This document shows positions 26,365 through 39,680 of a stretch of 60,000 nt of DNA, in pieces. The notes below the pieces were generated by a model. The model saw only the letters and a list, made by a program, of their open reading frames with translations, was not told the origin of the DNA and made no database searches. Made by a program: the position numbers and the translations under genes. Source of the stretch: Camelus dromedarius (Eukaryota). Positions within the stretch are counted from its first letter, which is position 1, and every line of letters begins with the position of its first letter. The stretch is taken from contig NC_087436.1 in the NCBI RefSeq assembly GCF_036321535.1, positions 111,602,001 through 111,662,000 of the forward strand, in the 5' to 3' direction.

Positions 26365-26499
26365 AGTAACTTACTGGGAAAAAGAATATGAAAACGAATA
26401 TATGTGTGTTTTTATATGACTGAAGTACTGTGCTGTACACCAGCAATTGACACAAACTTCTAAACTGACTATACTTCAGTAAAAACGTATTTAAAAAAA
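26365..26499 (+). mobile_element. Very short L1 3' tip (same 3' UTR type as 2270-3252)
   Basis: aaaagaatatgaaaacgaatatatg..gctgtacaccagcaattgacaca..aactgactatacttc; degenerate TSD (12/15) at 26350-26364 and 26496-26510 after tttt/aaaa. Confidence 0.85.
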
Positions 26500-26809
26500 T
26501 GCCTGGATCTGAAAGTGAGCCCCAGAGACCTCAATGTGGTTGTTCTTATAACTAAAAGTGGTCCCCAAGACGTATAGTGTGCTTGAAATGTCATCCAAGA
26601 AGGGCCAAGGATGGGAGGTTTATGGATGACTTCAGTGGTGGAGCAGAAATAAAACCATTGCCTAATTGTACCTCAATGAGTGAAACACTGTTCAACAAGT
26701 TGTATGTATCTACACCCCATCTTATCCCCCGGCCTCTTGGAGAAGACTGGGTGGTTGATCCTGCCTTTCAGGGAGATAAGAAGGACGAGAGGAGAGGAGA
26801 GTAATAGGG

Positions 26810-27545
26810 AGAGTGGAGGTCAGTTTGCCGCAGTTGAGCTGGAGGGATGCGTGGCAAATCCACACACAATGATGAGTAGGAAGCATGCGCTGACTTCCTA
26901 TTTGATGTCTGAAGCTTAGGAGAAAGATCTGGGATAAAGATAGAATTTGAGAGACATTAGATTTTTAGATGATAATTGGAAAAACAGAAAGTGATGACGT
27001 TTTTCAAGGAGAATTGAGAAGAGACTGCAGGTACAAACCTGAGGGACACACACATCTGAAGGAGGAGTTGAGGAAGAAGAGCCCATGGAGGGAAATGGGA
27101 GGTTGTGGCTAGAGATAGAAGGAAAACAGGAAAGACAAATGTCATGGATGCTAAGGAAAGAGAGTGTTTTAAGAAGGAGGGGTTGTCAACAGTGTTAAAT
27201 GGAGCAAAGAAGTCAAAATAGAAGGCTAGAATTGTCCCCTGGATTTAGTGAAACAAAAGTCGTTAGTGACCTTGGTAAAAGAATTTTAGAGAAGTGGTGA
27301 GGGTGGAAACTATATTGAAGATGCATATTATTTTTTAAGATGAGAGACTCTAGCATGTTTAAAGTTACAGGGAAGGGACTATAGACAGGAAGAGGTTGTA
27401 CAGGAAGTATGAGAGGTGGTTGGTGGTGGTGTGAAATCCTTGAAAAGGTAAAATGAGATGGGGTTAAGAATTGAGGAGAGAGACTGACCTTAAACAATGG
27501 GAGGACCATCTCTTCTTAAAACAGGAAATGAGGAAAGAGTGGGTA
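26810..27545 (-). mobile_element. L2 LINE remnant
   Basis: ggaaaacagga..gtcatggatgctaaggaaagagagtgttttaagaaggagg..tcaacagtgttaaatg..tggatttag..tagtgaccttgg. Confidence 0.85.
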
Positions 27546-27594
27546 AGATCATGATACATAATAATGGTTTAGTGGCTATTAGAAAAGTTGATGA

Positions 27595-27925
27595 AATTGG
27601 GCCTCATTAACAGAGGTATAGCCTTAGTGTCATAGGAGGTGACAATCCCTTTGAATTGGGATCTAGTCAGATGTTCAAGGCAATGCTACGTGCAGCCCTG
27701 GGTGGCACGTCGTAAGTGAGAGATCAACCACCTGAAGATTATGCTTAGATAAGTTAAAGTGAAAATGACTGAAGAATAGGGAAATATTAGGCTGAAGAAA
27801 TGCAGATTTGGGAGAGAATAACCACAGTCTTTGAATATCTGGAAGAGCCATTAGGGTTACTCTGTTTTACTATCAAAGGGCCTACATAGGCAATGAGAGG
27901 AAGTTATAGGAGACAAACTTTTTTT
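27595..27925 (+). mobile_element. L3/CR1 LINE remnant
   Basis: cattaacagaggtatag..ggaggtgacaatccc..gtctttgaatatctggaag..caatgagaggaagttataggaga matches the CR1 3' region. Confidence 0.6.
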
Positions 27926-29239
27926 GGTAATATAATATGACTTGAATTTAAATGTGTACTGACTTTTGTTAAGAAATATTAGGAAAAGTGGTTCATAGGG
28001 AAATGGAAATGTCTGCCTAGCCAAGGTTTTCCAGAGAGTTTAGGACTACATAAATGTTTCATTCAAAAAGTATTGAGTTTTTATCATGTGCCAGATACTA
28101 AGCCAGGCTCTGGCCACACAATCTGAATCAGGCAATTAGCCTGGAATCAAGTGTGGGAAACAGGCATATAAAAAGATACTTATAACACAACCAGCTGCAC
28201 TTGGCATCGCACGCATGATTCTAGAAGATAGCCATAGCTATTGATACAATATTAATACTTTCTTTTTATTTATTCATATATTTCATTGAAAACACAATTA
28301 AGAATCTCATTCTTCTCAGATACAACATTTTATGAGCCCAGTGATAGAACTCTTTGAAGAAAAACAGTTTTCCATAACTAATATCAGGTTTTAAAATGTA
28401 GAAACAGAATTATGTCATAAGTTTCTGTTCTGCTCCTTGGAGAGGAGCAGAAAGAGCACAGGTGCACTGTATTCAAAATAATTCACCAAGTTGAAAAAGA
28501 GGCGTAATTGATGCATGAAGGTTGTCTAAACATTTCATAAGTACCTGTCACCTATTTGTGTCAATATTTGTAAGTTAACAGACATGGTTTTCATGGGATG
28601 CCTGCATGTTCCCCAGTTAAAAGATTGGGACAAAACAAGCTGAACCGAGTCATGGAAACCTAGGTAAGGGTCTTGTGTGATGTATCCGAGTCTAGTGCAG
28701 GGATGATGATGGAATTCTGGGAACAGGAGAGCAGAGAGTAGAGGTTCCTAATCCAGGGTATGGGGCATGAAATGTGCAAGGAAAGGGGAACAGTCACAGG
28801 AGGGACAATGGCGTGGAGTAGTACCAGCCAAGACAGACCACAAAAATAAAGTCGCACATGGGTGAACTGACGTTGGGTGTGTGCACGCGTGAGTGTGTGT
28901 GTGTGCATGTCCTCATACTGTGAGCAGTTCAGTGATGCTATAGAGCAAAGGTGGGAGGTGAAGTGCCAGAGATAGGGTAGAAAAAAAGGACTTTTGAGCA
29001 TGGTTGAAAAGGCTGGGAGTAGTGTGGAGACATCAGACTGGGCCAGACTGGGATACAGAGATCCCCACCCCCAGAGCCTGGCATCTGGAAAGAGGGGACA
29101 TGACTCTGGACCACTGCAGTGGGCTCAAGACAGGGAAGGAGATTCGTCTGAAGTATCCTTAAAACTTTGTTTTGAAGGTGATGTGGGATTTTTGTCATCT
29201 ACAGTAGAAGAAAGAGCCTTGATCAGAAATGTGGGAAAC

Positions 29240-29385
29240 AAATGAGAATATCTTTCTGGCTCTGCTCTACTGACCACGTGGGTGTCTTTGGCAACATGGT
29301 GGGCCTTGGTTTCCACATCTGCACAATGGGCAGCAGAAGGAGATGACGGCAAAGTCTACTCTAAGCACAAGAGTTTGTGATTTTC
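29240..29385 (+). mobile_element. MIR remnant
   Basis: ctggctctgctctactgaccacgtgggtgtctttggcaa..gggccttggtttccacatctg. Confidence 0.6.
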
Positions 29386-31639
29386 TTGTTTTCAGCCCAG
29401 GGCGAGCAGAGTGTAACAATACTGTCATTCATACATTCAAGATGTATTTGGGACTGACGAGGTAGCAGACAGCATGCTGTAAGAAACATTTTCCGTCTCT
29501 CAGAGGGGAGGATTACGTCCTGGTCCCCAGAACAAGTTTATTCTCCTCCTTGCTGGAGAGGAGATTTTCACCTTCATTCTTATTCTCCTAGGAACCAAAC
29601 CCATTAAGCATGATTAAAACAGGTCTTATCTGGAGTTGAAGCTGGTATTCTGAGATGAAAATCCTAGGTCCTGGGAACTAAATTTTTTGTAAGGATAAAA
29701 GAAGCCACAGAATGTTGGCCTTGCTTTAACTACTGGTCTGTGCTCCATGTATGCTATTGAGAATCATCATTTATCTTCACTGGGGTAATTTGTCCTTTAA
29801 TGAAAAAATTTTGGGATGTGTACTTTTACCACTCTCAGAAAGCTGGTAGTTTTGACAAATTTGCAAAATATGTTTCTAATTTCATTCTGCTCTTATCGCA
29901 TCCCAGTAATTCTCACATTATTTCTGGAAGATTAGCAGACACAGACTTGTAGTGACATAATTAGTATTCAGAGGAGATAATAATGTCAAGGGATTTTGTT
30001 GCTCTTAGAACCTAAATGAGAATATAAGGATAGCAAAAGTTGGATTTGTGATAATTTCTTGGCATAAATTGGGTGCTTGTTCAAAAAATTTTAATGCCAC
30101 AAACGAGATTGCTTAATGCAAACATGTTGGATAAATCACTTTGAAGAAAGTAGGTGTTGTTTTCTCTGCTTTGTATTTGTAAGGAAAAAGCATTGCTCTT
30201 TCTGCAGAATTTCCTGTCTGCTGTGAAATGGTTAATCCTGAGAACTGTTTCAGGCAATAAAACACTGACTGGAATCTTTCCGACAATACTTTCCTTCTTG
30301 ATCTTTTTTTATGACTAATTGAAATGAAAGCCTGGGGAAGCTTAATGTTAAGGAAACACTGTATGCTCTGTGATGTGATTCTGTGAAAGGGGTCTGTGTG
30401 GTGGGGAGCTCTCAGCTCTGGAATTTTAAGTTGGAGACCTAACCGAAGAATCAATATTTCAATTCGACGCTATAGTGGGTTTGGGATTACTGTTACAGTA
30501 GCTGGAAGATTGCTGGGTGTTTTCTTGGGAGGGGTGATTACTGTGAGCTGGTTTTTATTTTCTTTTTAACCATAGCTCGCAGAGTCTGTCTGCTTTGTCT
30601 GCATTTGAACAGCTGAAATGACCAACTAAAAAAGAACAAAAAATGTAAATTATTAGTACTTCTCTTTAGGCTGTGAACAGCGTGCTCTTTAGTAGCCGCA
30701 GGAGAGAAAGCAACCACTATCTTTTACTTTGTAGATTCCTAGGAGCAGTGACCCTCTGAGTTGGCAGAACCAGTTTTCAAACAGTGCTTCAGTGATCACC
30801 TGGAAGTGTGGTCAGTGAGGAGGTGTTGGGGACACTGTGGGTGGGACTCTTGTCCCCCACGCTGGATTCAGTCAACTAGAGTGATTCCCATTTGATTTGT
30901 TCTATGTATTGAATTTCCCATGAAATTTGATTTGAAAAATGATTTTGTAAACCATGAGCAAAAACAACTAATGCTAAATCAACTTCCCGGGGTTCCTCAC
31001 AGACACTCTTCCAGTTTCTACCAAACCATTTCCAGGGTAGGGTGCTCATGACTTGACTGTTCTATGTAATATCATCACTGATTCCACCAGCACCAAAGTA
31101 GCTTCTCAGGATTTTAAATATTTGGGCTAAGATATTTCCACCTACCTTCGAAAACCTTTCCTCATGAGAACCACATTTTATCACCAAATGCTATTTCACA
31201 GTATGGCCAAGAATAGTTATTTTTATAATCCTGGGAATAAATAGAATGTCTTTCCATCTTCTTTCTTTTTTTTCCCAAGAGAAGCTCAGCAACCCCATAA
31301 AATGATAATTCCTCCAGTCCCTTTTATCTGTGTTTCTTTCAGTTCTTTGTTCCCAGCCTTTAAATCTAACATGTGTATATACATGACACAGGATGTGATC
31401 TGGACGAGAAGTCCAGAAGTATTTATTCTTATCCAACAGTCTTATATTCTTAAACCATCTATTCCACAGTACTGGTATTACACCAGTATAGTGAAAGCAA
31501 AGGGTTTCAGCTAAGTTACAGAAAATCATGTCTTTATGTATCTGTTTTTTCTGCCAGCTTTTTGAGAGCAGGGGTTGTATTTTTTCCAACTCTTTCCAAC
31601 TCCTAGAGCACTGCCTAGTACACAATAGGCACTTAACAA

Positions 31640-31830
31640 ATGCAGTCGCTTAATCTGGAATCAGAACACCTGTATTTGAGTCCCTTCCAAATCAGTTGCT
31701 GTCTGTCTGAACTTCAACAAACCATTTCACTCCTCTGAGCTTCCACTTCCTGAAATGTAATTTAGAGGAATAAGAATATTATTTCAGGTTGTTGAAAGAA
31801 TTGAGTGAAAGACCATAAAACACAATCAAA
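31640..31830 (+). mobile_element. MIR remnant (preceded by an L2 3' end at about 31590-31640)
   Basis: tggaatcagaacacctg..catttcactcctctgagcttccacttcc. Confidence 0.55.
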
Positions 31831-32914
31831 AGCTTGAGTGAAGAAATAAACAGATTATTTGAAAGATTCAGAGGCTAAGTATTCATCAGGATACTTAAAA
31901 CTTTGCCTTAAGATCAAATTAAATCATGACAGCCACATACTTGCAACATATTATTTGGCCCCTCACAGAATCTCCTTATTGAGTAATTTTTAATTATAAT
32001 TTTCAGTTATTTCATTTTATGTTGAAACACACTATAAGAAACATTCTGAGGAGCTTAATGATTATATTTCTTAAAGGAATGTTGACAAGGAAGACGTTTT
32101 ACTGCAATGCTCAGAACTCCTATATAGGCTTATATTTATTTAACATTTAGTTCTATGAAAAAAATTAATTCTTTTAAAGGACTAGTATACTTTGATACTT
32201 GAGAACGATGTAACCAAATATGTGACCATTTTTCCTTTGGCTGCCGGGAAGCTCAGAGCAAAATTTGAGGCTCAATTAGAGGGAATTCAATTACTATCAA
32301 CAATAAGGGTAACTAACCTCGTTTGTTGTTTGCTTGTTTGTTTGGTTTGTATTATATGGTCTTGATTTATTTTTTAACCTATACTTTTATTTATCCAAGA
32401 ATTGATTCACATTCACAGGAGACAGTTTAAAATTGTTTTATTGAATGTGTTTCTTATATTACTTATGGAATAATTAACTAGATAGATAAATAAAATAGTG
32501 GGATTTTAAATAACATTTTGTGAAATTTAAATTTCTTGAAGTTGATTGAAGTGACCATCATCACCTGTCTCAGCTTTTGAAAAATTCAGAACAAATTTGA
32601 TATGGGCTCTAACAGATAATTCACTGTTAGAATCTAAGATGAATTTCCAGCTAGCTCTAAGATTATTGAGTTGGATTAAGGAAAACAATTAGAGACATAT
32701 GCATGATTCTTTATGTGAAACCAGGGGGCTCTGACTGCCTGATAAATTACAACCCTCTATCACATTCTTAGAGATTAGTTCCCCAAAATAAAGTGCTGAA
32801 TGTGCAAGCAGTGGCTGAAAGAACATGCAGTCCATTAGCTCAGAGTGTCAGAGGCTCAGGTGTCAATAATTTCCATGTAAATGAGTTTTGGGGAAAGAAG
32901 ATGAGGTGATATTT

Positions 32915-33357
32915 AATATCCAGCCCCTCTTCCTCTTTAAGGACATCTCCCATTGTGTAGATTTGGTGGGATATAGACCCCACTTAACACTGTGTGAAAG
33001 ATAAAATCTAGAAGATGCTCTTGACAGTCCCTAATAGCCTAGGGCATGAGTATATAACTCAAGTTGATTCAATATGAGTGCAGCCTAAGGCTTTGATTGT
33101 ATGATACTGAGAAAAGAAGCTCAGAGCTTTGTTGGATAGTAAAGTGTATAGAATTTTTACAGCCACAAACAAAATCTAGCTGAAGGTAAAAGTGGATTCA
33201 GAGAGGCAGGAAGTGCTGAGAGAAAGGCAAAAAGGGGATCTAGAGCCCTGATTCTACTATACATGAAACCTGACCTATCTTTGAAATTTCCAATTATTAT
33301 TTAAGTTAATTTAAGTTCGGTTTTATGTTACTTGCAATCAAAGCACTCTAACTTATA
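32915..33357 (+). mobile_element. Ancient ERVL LTR (LTR33/16-like)
   Basis: Ends tttaagttaatttaagttcggttttatgttacttgcaatcaaagcactctaac. Confidence 0.45.
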
Positions 33358-33439
33358 ACCCTTATCCTCAAATGCTCTAACACTCCCTAAGCATGATAGA
33401 TTTATGCATCTGTGTATGAAGGTCTGGTAGATCCTGGAA

Positions 33440-34270
33440 ATTGTTTAGAGACTATATCATATCAAAGAGATATCTGAAAACACAATGTATAAATTAAAAT
33501 AGAATACTAAAAAATGTTCATATAACATAAAAAAGAGCAGGAAGTGGAAAATACAGAAAAAGAAAAAGAAAGGAAACAAACAATAAAATGGAAATATTAA
33601 ATCCAAATACATAAATACTTATATTAATTGTAAATGGTCTAAACATACAACCTAAAAGACAAAGATTGTTAGAATAGATTCAAAAGCAATGTTTAACTAT
33701 ATGGTGTCTACAAGAAACTCACTTTAAATATCATGATATAGGTATGCTAAGAGTACAAAGATAGAGAAATATATATCATGCCAACACTAAAAAACCCCCA
33801 AAGCTGGTGTGACTACATTTATATCAGACAAAGACTTCAAAGCAAAGAAAATTATCAGGGATAAAGAAGAATATTACATAATAACAAAAGTGTCAATTTG
33901 CCAAGAAGACATAGCAATCCCAAATACGTAGACATCAAAGTTAGAATTTCACAATATGCAAAGCAACAACCATCAAAACTGAAAGGAGAAATAGACACTT
34001 CTATAATTATAGTTGGAGACTTAAAAACTCCTCTCTCTGGAGTTGATAGAATACATAGAGAGAAAAAATTTCATGTATATAGAACTGAACACCATCATCG
34101 ACCAATTGGATCTAATTGACATTTATAAAACTCTTCACCCAACAATAGCAGTATACATGCTTCTTTCCAATTGCACATAAAATATTCCTCAAGATTGATC
34201 ATAAGTGTTAAAAGAATTTGAATCATGCATAGTATATTCTTGGACCCTGATGTAATTAGAATAGAAATGT
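33440..34270 (+). mobile_element. Old L1M ORF2 endonuclease-region remnant
   Basis: tgtaaatggtctaaa..ctacaagaaactcactttaaat; ORF 33898 contains KLKGEIDTSIIIVGDLKTPLS. Confidence 0.85.
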
Positions 34271-34296
34271 GCTGAGAATAATTTTTTTCCTACTAC

Positions 34297-34462
34297 CTGG
34301 GCCCAACTCCTCCACTAGGTACAACAGGCATAGTGACTGGGGCCCATGATATTTCTAGAATGCCAACAAAATGTTCTAATTTCTTTTAAAATTAGAACTT
34401 AAAAAATAAGTATAATCAAGTCTGGATTACATTCATTTTATACCAATGTAGTCATAAAGTGT
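34297..34462. mobile_element. hAT-type DNA transposon remnant
   Basis: tccactaggtacaacaggcatagtgactggggcccatgata..ctggattacattcattttataccaatgtagtcataaa. Confidence 0.4.
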
Positions 34463-34689
34463 TTTAGATCTTCTTTCTAAGTATAAACAGGAAATAAAGA
34501 ATCACCAACCATCTGAAGAAATTAAATAACATAAAATAGCAAATCAATCTGAAAAAATAGAAAATTCCAAGAAAATAGTTAATGAGTGATAAAACATAAA
34601 ATTTTGAAAATTCCAATTAATATTTTCAAAGAGATTTGAGATCATTTCACATGTAAAAAATAAAAAGAAGATCCTCTGAAAGCCAATAA

Positions 34690-34890
34690 TTATTGAGCAT
34701 TTCAATTTAAGTCTTTCCCTTGTCTTATTTAATCCTCCCCAAATCCTTTGGACAAGGTAAAATTACAAGCTAGATTTTACAGAAAAGAAAACTAAAGCAC
34801 AGAGAGGTTAAATAACTTGTCCAGGGTCACAGGGGTTACAACCCCTGTATGTGGCAGAGAATGAATTTGAAATAGTTCCTAGAATTTCAA
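34690..34890 (-). mobile_element. MIR remnant
   Basis: attttacagaaaagaaaactaaagcacagagaggttaaataacttgtccagggtcacag. Confidence 0.8.
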
Positions 34891-35273
34891 GACAGGATTG
34901 CTGAAACAAAAATTCCATGGATACGCCTAGTGATAAAATGATCACATACATGGCTGAAGACCATAAAAGACTGAGTGAAAGAATTCTTCCAGAATGAATG
35001 GAGGAAGACAGTGATGTAAAAATATTTAAGATTGAAGTTAAGAACAAGAGAATAGAGTCAGCCCAGCCAAGAGTGATTCAACAGGAGGGGAGGGGAGGCA
35101 GAGCAAGGCAGTCACAGAGGAAGACATCCCTGGGCTGGAGACATCCAGTTTTGAAAGAAAGGTCCTCCTTTGAGAATGTCACTGGCCATAAACTAACCGT
35201 GGTGAATTTGAAGTGCCAAGAAGGAAGAAAAGGAGTTATTAGTTTCCAGAAAAAAAAAAAAAAAAAAGATTGT

Positions 35274-35733
35274 TGTATTAATCAGGATTCTCCAGAGCCA
35301 TAGAACCGACAGGATGTGTTTGTGTTTGTTCTTTTGTTGGTTCTTTCATTCGTTCATTCGTTCACTTTGTTTGTTTGTTTTCAAAGTATCAATTGATTGG
35401 CTGCTTGACTGATTTGAAGGGTTGGCAGGCACCAGATCTTCGGGGCAGGCTGGCAGGATGGAAACCCAGGGATGAGTTGCAGTTTCAGTCCAGAGGCCGT
35501 CTGCTAATAGAATTCCTTCTTGTTTGAGGGAAGTCAGTCTTTGTTCTATTCAAGCCCTGAGCTGACCGGATGAAGTCCATCCACCTCAGGGAGGGCAATC
35601 GGCTTTACTCAAAGTTTGATTTAAATGATAATGTCATCTAAAAAGTACCTTCACACAAGCATCTAGAATAATGTTTGACCAAATACCTGGACACCCTAGG
35701 CCAGCAAGTTGACACTTACAATCAATCATCACA
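35274..35733 (-). mobile_element. ERVL LTR (MLT2-like)
   Basis: TG..CA ends; tgtattaatcaggattctccagag..gagggcaatcggctttactcaaag..agaataatgtttgaccaaata..aagttgacac. Confidence 0.85.
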
Positions 35734-35799
35734 GTTGCTTGCTAAGAAATTAGAATTCAATGGGAGTTAGACTTGTTATTAAGAAAAAAAACAAACTAC

Positions 35800-37010
35800 G
35801 AACTCTTTATGGGGGACTTCAGGCATGTATAAAAGTTGACAGAAGAGTATTACTAATTGTCAAACACTCATCATCCAGTTTAAATGATCATGGCCAACCT
35901 TGCTTCATCTAACTCTTCCTCTCTTTCTTCTCACCAGCTTATTCTGAAACAAATCTCAGGCATCGTATCATCTCACTTGTAAATATTTCATCATACATCT
36001 TGAAAAGATAAGGATGCATTTAAAAAGAAACATTCCTACCTTTAGAAACAAACAATTTCTTAATATCATTAAATATCCAATCATTGTTCAAATTTCCCTG
36101 GTTGTCTCATAATGTATTTTATAGTTCATTTGTTTGAGAATCAAAAAGTCTATATTTTGCAGTTTGCTTGATATCTCCTCAGTCTTAATCTACCTCTTCT
36201 TTTATTCATTGCAATTTATTTGTTGAAAAAACTAGATTGTTTGTTCTGTGCAGCTTCCCACTGCAAGTGTTTTGCTGATTATAGTCCTGTGATATCATTT
36301 ACCTTGTTCCCTGTGTTTCCTATAAATTGGCAGTTTGATTTTTTTAGAAGCTTGATCAAATTCAGGTACAAACTTTTGGCAGGAATAGTTCACAGATGGC
36401 ATTGTGTCTTTTTACCAAGAGATGCGAATATCTGGTTCTCATTTTGTGATGTGAGTCAGCTGTTGATGGTCAATGTTAAGATCATGACTTCCTTAGGGTT
36501 GTAAAACGGTGATGCTCCAACTCAGTTATTCTTTCTTTACTATCTGAAATATTTCTATAAGTAGAAGCTTCCTCTCATCAACCCTTGGGTCACCCTGAGG
36601 TGTAGTTTGTACTAAAAAAGACAAAATAAATGCTTTTTCTTTTTAACTATTAACTTTTAGAGTAGATGACCTGTGCCCTAGCTACTTCTAATGATTAACC
36701 AAAGTATTTTTGTTAATTTATTTTTGTTTATTTTTAAGCATCATTGTGAATTGGTAGACTTTAACATATTGATGTGTTTCAATCCATTGCATTTAGCAGT
36801 CTTGATCATGTTCAAATTATTCCATATATGGCCAGTAAGAACCTCTTAAAATCCTTTCAATATGACCTTAGCAGTCTTTAATGTCCTAATTGCTTTCTCA
36901 TTTGACAAAATGTTTCAGGCTGATCCTGCACATTTCTGCCCCAGACCAGGAGTGAGCTACTTCTCCAGGCATCCGTGGTTCTTATTAGTGGGAAACGATA
37001 CTGAGATACT
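35800..37010 (-). mobile_element. Old L1 3' UTR (L1MC-like)
   Basis: catggccaaccttgcttcatcta..aaacaaatctcaggcatcgtatcat..gccccagaccaggagtgagctacttctccagg. Confidence 0.7.
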
Positions 37011-37389
37011 ACAATATGCACTGTTATCTTCCCCTCTGTTTTTAAAAGCTCTCTTGTCTCTGATATTTGCAACTTTCTTCTGCACTCAGTCATTTATCTA
37101 TTACATTTCCTGTGATGTTTTTATTCCATATATACTTTTGTTTTCAGGTAGACCTCTCATTTTAAAGATGCTAACTAAATTAGATCAATGATTTAAAAAT
37201 ATTGTGAGAAACTATTTATAACTTAGAATGACATATCTATCCAAAGATTCAACTTTGAGGATAAAGATATTTTCTAAAATAAAAAATCCTAGTAAGTTTA
37301 TCATCTGGGCATCTTTTTTTTTTTTTTTGATGAGATACAACACAACAAATGAAAAAAATTAAATGTATTAGTGCAAACACCATTAAGTT

Positions 37390-37830
37390 AACAGCCATTT
37401 CCCTACTCTGTCTTGCTAACAGAATTCAGACTTTTATCTGGGTACCAGGCAGGCATACGTACAGAGGAGGTGAGTCCCTCTCCAGCCACAAGGGTTGGAT
37501 CATGGTTAGGTTAAGCCAACTAGAATGGTCTCGTTCTCCTTGCCAGTGATGAGAGAGAGGAATCATGCTAGGGTGCTTCTGGAAAAGGTTTTCCTTAAGC
37601 CCTATGGGAGGAAATGTCTTTTCCCTCCCAGATGCTGTTTCTCTGAAAGGAACGCTAGGAAATGCTATCACTGTTTTAAAACCATAAAGGATCTGCTGAG
37701 CTTGGCAGAGCAGAATGATGGAGGACATTTGGCACCTTGATAACATGGTGGAGCTGCTAAATTAACCAACCCTGGAAGGGCCTATGTCCAGGCTTCTAGT
37801 TAGGAGATACAAAATGCCCCCATTCTGCAA
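37390..37830 (+). mobile_element. MaLR LTR (MLT1K-like)
   Basis: cttgctaacagaa..ggttaagccaa..ccttgccagtgat..gcttctggaaaaggttttcct. Confidence 0.65.
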
Positions 37831-38187
37831 ACCACTGCTGGGGTGGGGAGGTAGGGGGTGGTCTGTGTCTTGTGTCTGAAAGCTTCCCGATTGGCATGTA
37901 AACTCCCTAGAAGGGAGGTCAAATACAAGACGTGCTGATGAGCACAGGAACCAGATGAGCTCATAATGATGCCTAAATCATTGTTATTAATGAGACTGAA
38001 ATTAAATGGAAAGAATTCCCAGAACATAAGAAGTATAGTGTAAAAAACAAAAACCAAAAAGGGCAAATCTGAAAAAAGTAAACTTCCAGGTGTTTTTAAC
38101 AAAACCTGGGGGACATAGTGGTGCAGAGGAGAAATAAATCTACACCAAAGATTGTGCCCATTGGGAAGGTTATGGGAGAGTTCTTGA

Positions 38188-38330
38188 TCAGCAGTTCTCA
38201 GTTCTCAGCCCTGGATGTACATTAGCATCACATGGAACATTTAGTGCTGAAATGCCAGCCCCACTCTGGATGAAGGAAATCTCTATCGGTGGTGCCTGGT
38301 TATCATGTACTTTAAAATACACATTGATTT
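38188..38330. mobile_element. MER5-like hAT-Charlie MITE remnant
   Basis: cagttctcagccctggatgtacattagcatcacatgg. Confidence 0.5.
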
Positions 38331-39009
38331 ACATGCTTTTAAGAACAAGATTAATGAATTTATATCAGACCAGTGCTAGCAAGAGAAAGGCAGAGTAACA
38401 GTATTAATGCCACTCCAAATAGATTCAAGACCAACAGTGTTAATTAAATGAGACAAAGAGGGAGCCTTTATTTTGGTGTAACAGGTAAGAACTTCTCTAC
38501 AGTATTTGGCATATGGGCATTTTTATTAATCCAGATCGCTCTAATACATGCTTGAGTCCCATCCATCTGATTGACAAGAAGAACAATGGGCTCCCTTGGA
38601 GAATTGGGCGCCCTCATTACCTTTCTCTCCTGAGAATGTTGGGAGACTGAACAGCCTACAGAGGATATCCACCCAACTGTGACTCCAAAGCAAAGAGAGC
38701 CTGCTGTCTGTACCCACTCTCTGCAGTTTTGTCTCCTTTCTGTACCATAAGCACAGGACCCTCCCTGTCCTGACAGTAATTCTGGACCACACTGGAGTAA
38801 AGTCTCTTTCCTGTAGCTCCCTGGCCCAGCTACCAGCACAAGCCATATGGTTTTTCGAAAGGAAACATCTCTATTTACTCAAGGCTACACTGTATCCTTT
38901 CAGAAATACACCTGTCACTTCTGAAGTTCTAGTCCCCCAAATCTGTCCATCTGCCTGATGTAAAACACAAACACCAATGTTCTTCATAGCTTAGAATTCA
39001 TCATGGCAG

Positions 39010-39485
39010 TAACGGATTTTGCTGCATAAACAACCACCTCAGATCTTACTGGCTTAAGACAACATTAGCTATTGCTCATGAATCAGTGGGTGGTTCTGCT
39101 GAACCAGGCCAGGACATGCTCATCTTGGCTGGGCTCACTCATGTAACTGTGGCCAGCTGGAAGATGAGCCAAGGTCCGGCTGGTCTAGAATGGCCTCTGC
39201 TGAAATGACTTGGCTGTCCAGACTGTAGTCCCTCATCCTCCAGCAGGCTGTTTGAGCTTGCTCATGTCAAGAGCGGAAGTGTATAGGGGCTTTTGAGGCT
39301 TAGACTTGGAATTGGCATGATGTCACCCTGAGACAGTCTACGGGTGAAAAGCAAATCACGTGGTCAGCCCAGGTTCAAAGACTCAGGAAACAGACCCCCT
39401 CCTCTTGGTGGGAAAATCTACAAAGTCTCATTGCAAAGGTGCATGGAGGCAGGGAGGGGTGGTCAATGTCCATCTTTGAAGCATC
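39010..39485 (-). mobile_element. MaLR LTR (MLT1H/I-like)
   Basis: tgctgcataaacaaccacc..ggcttaagacaac..gctgggctcactcatg..cagcccaggttcaa..aaacagacccctcctcttg. Confidence 0.75.
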
Positions 39486-39652
39486 AAGACTTAAAGCATT
39501 CCTGTCCCTTTCTTGGACATTCAGCTGAACAAGCTGCATATTACACCATTCTGGGGGGCAGGATTCACATTGCAAATTTATTTCACAAGGAATTAATCTC
39601 ATCTTTCTTTCCTAAAACGTCCTTCAGCTACCTGAAGAGAGCCACCCTTTCA

Positions 39653-39680
39653 ACACACACACACACACAGACACACACAC
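39653..39680. repeat. Interrupted (AC)n microsatellite
   Basis: Directly visible. Confidence 0.9.

Larger units (their letters stand above)
34480..37320 (+). mobile_element. Fragmented HAL1/L1-ORF1-like remnant with nested insertions
   Basis: A-rich ORF1-like pieces at 34480-34680, 34900-35250 and 37185-37315 (tttataacttagaatgacatatctatccaaa). Confidence 0.4.

Noticed and set aside
28428..28452. 10-bp stem hairpin ttctgctcct/aggagcagaa
   Set aside because: Isolated and too short for a pre-miRNA, with no supporting context.
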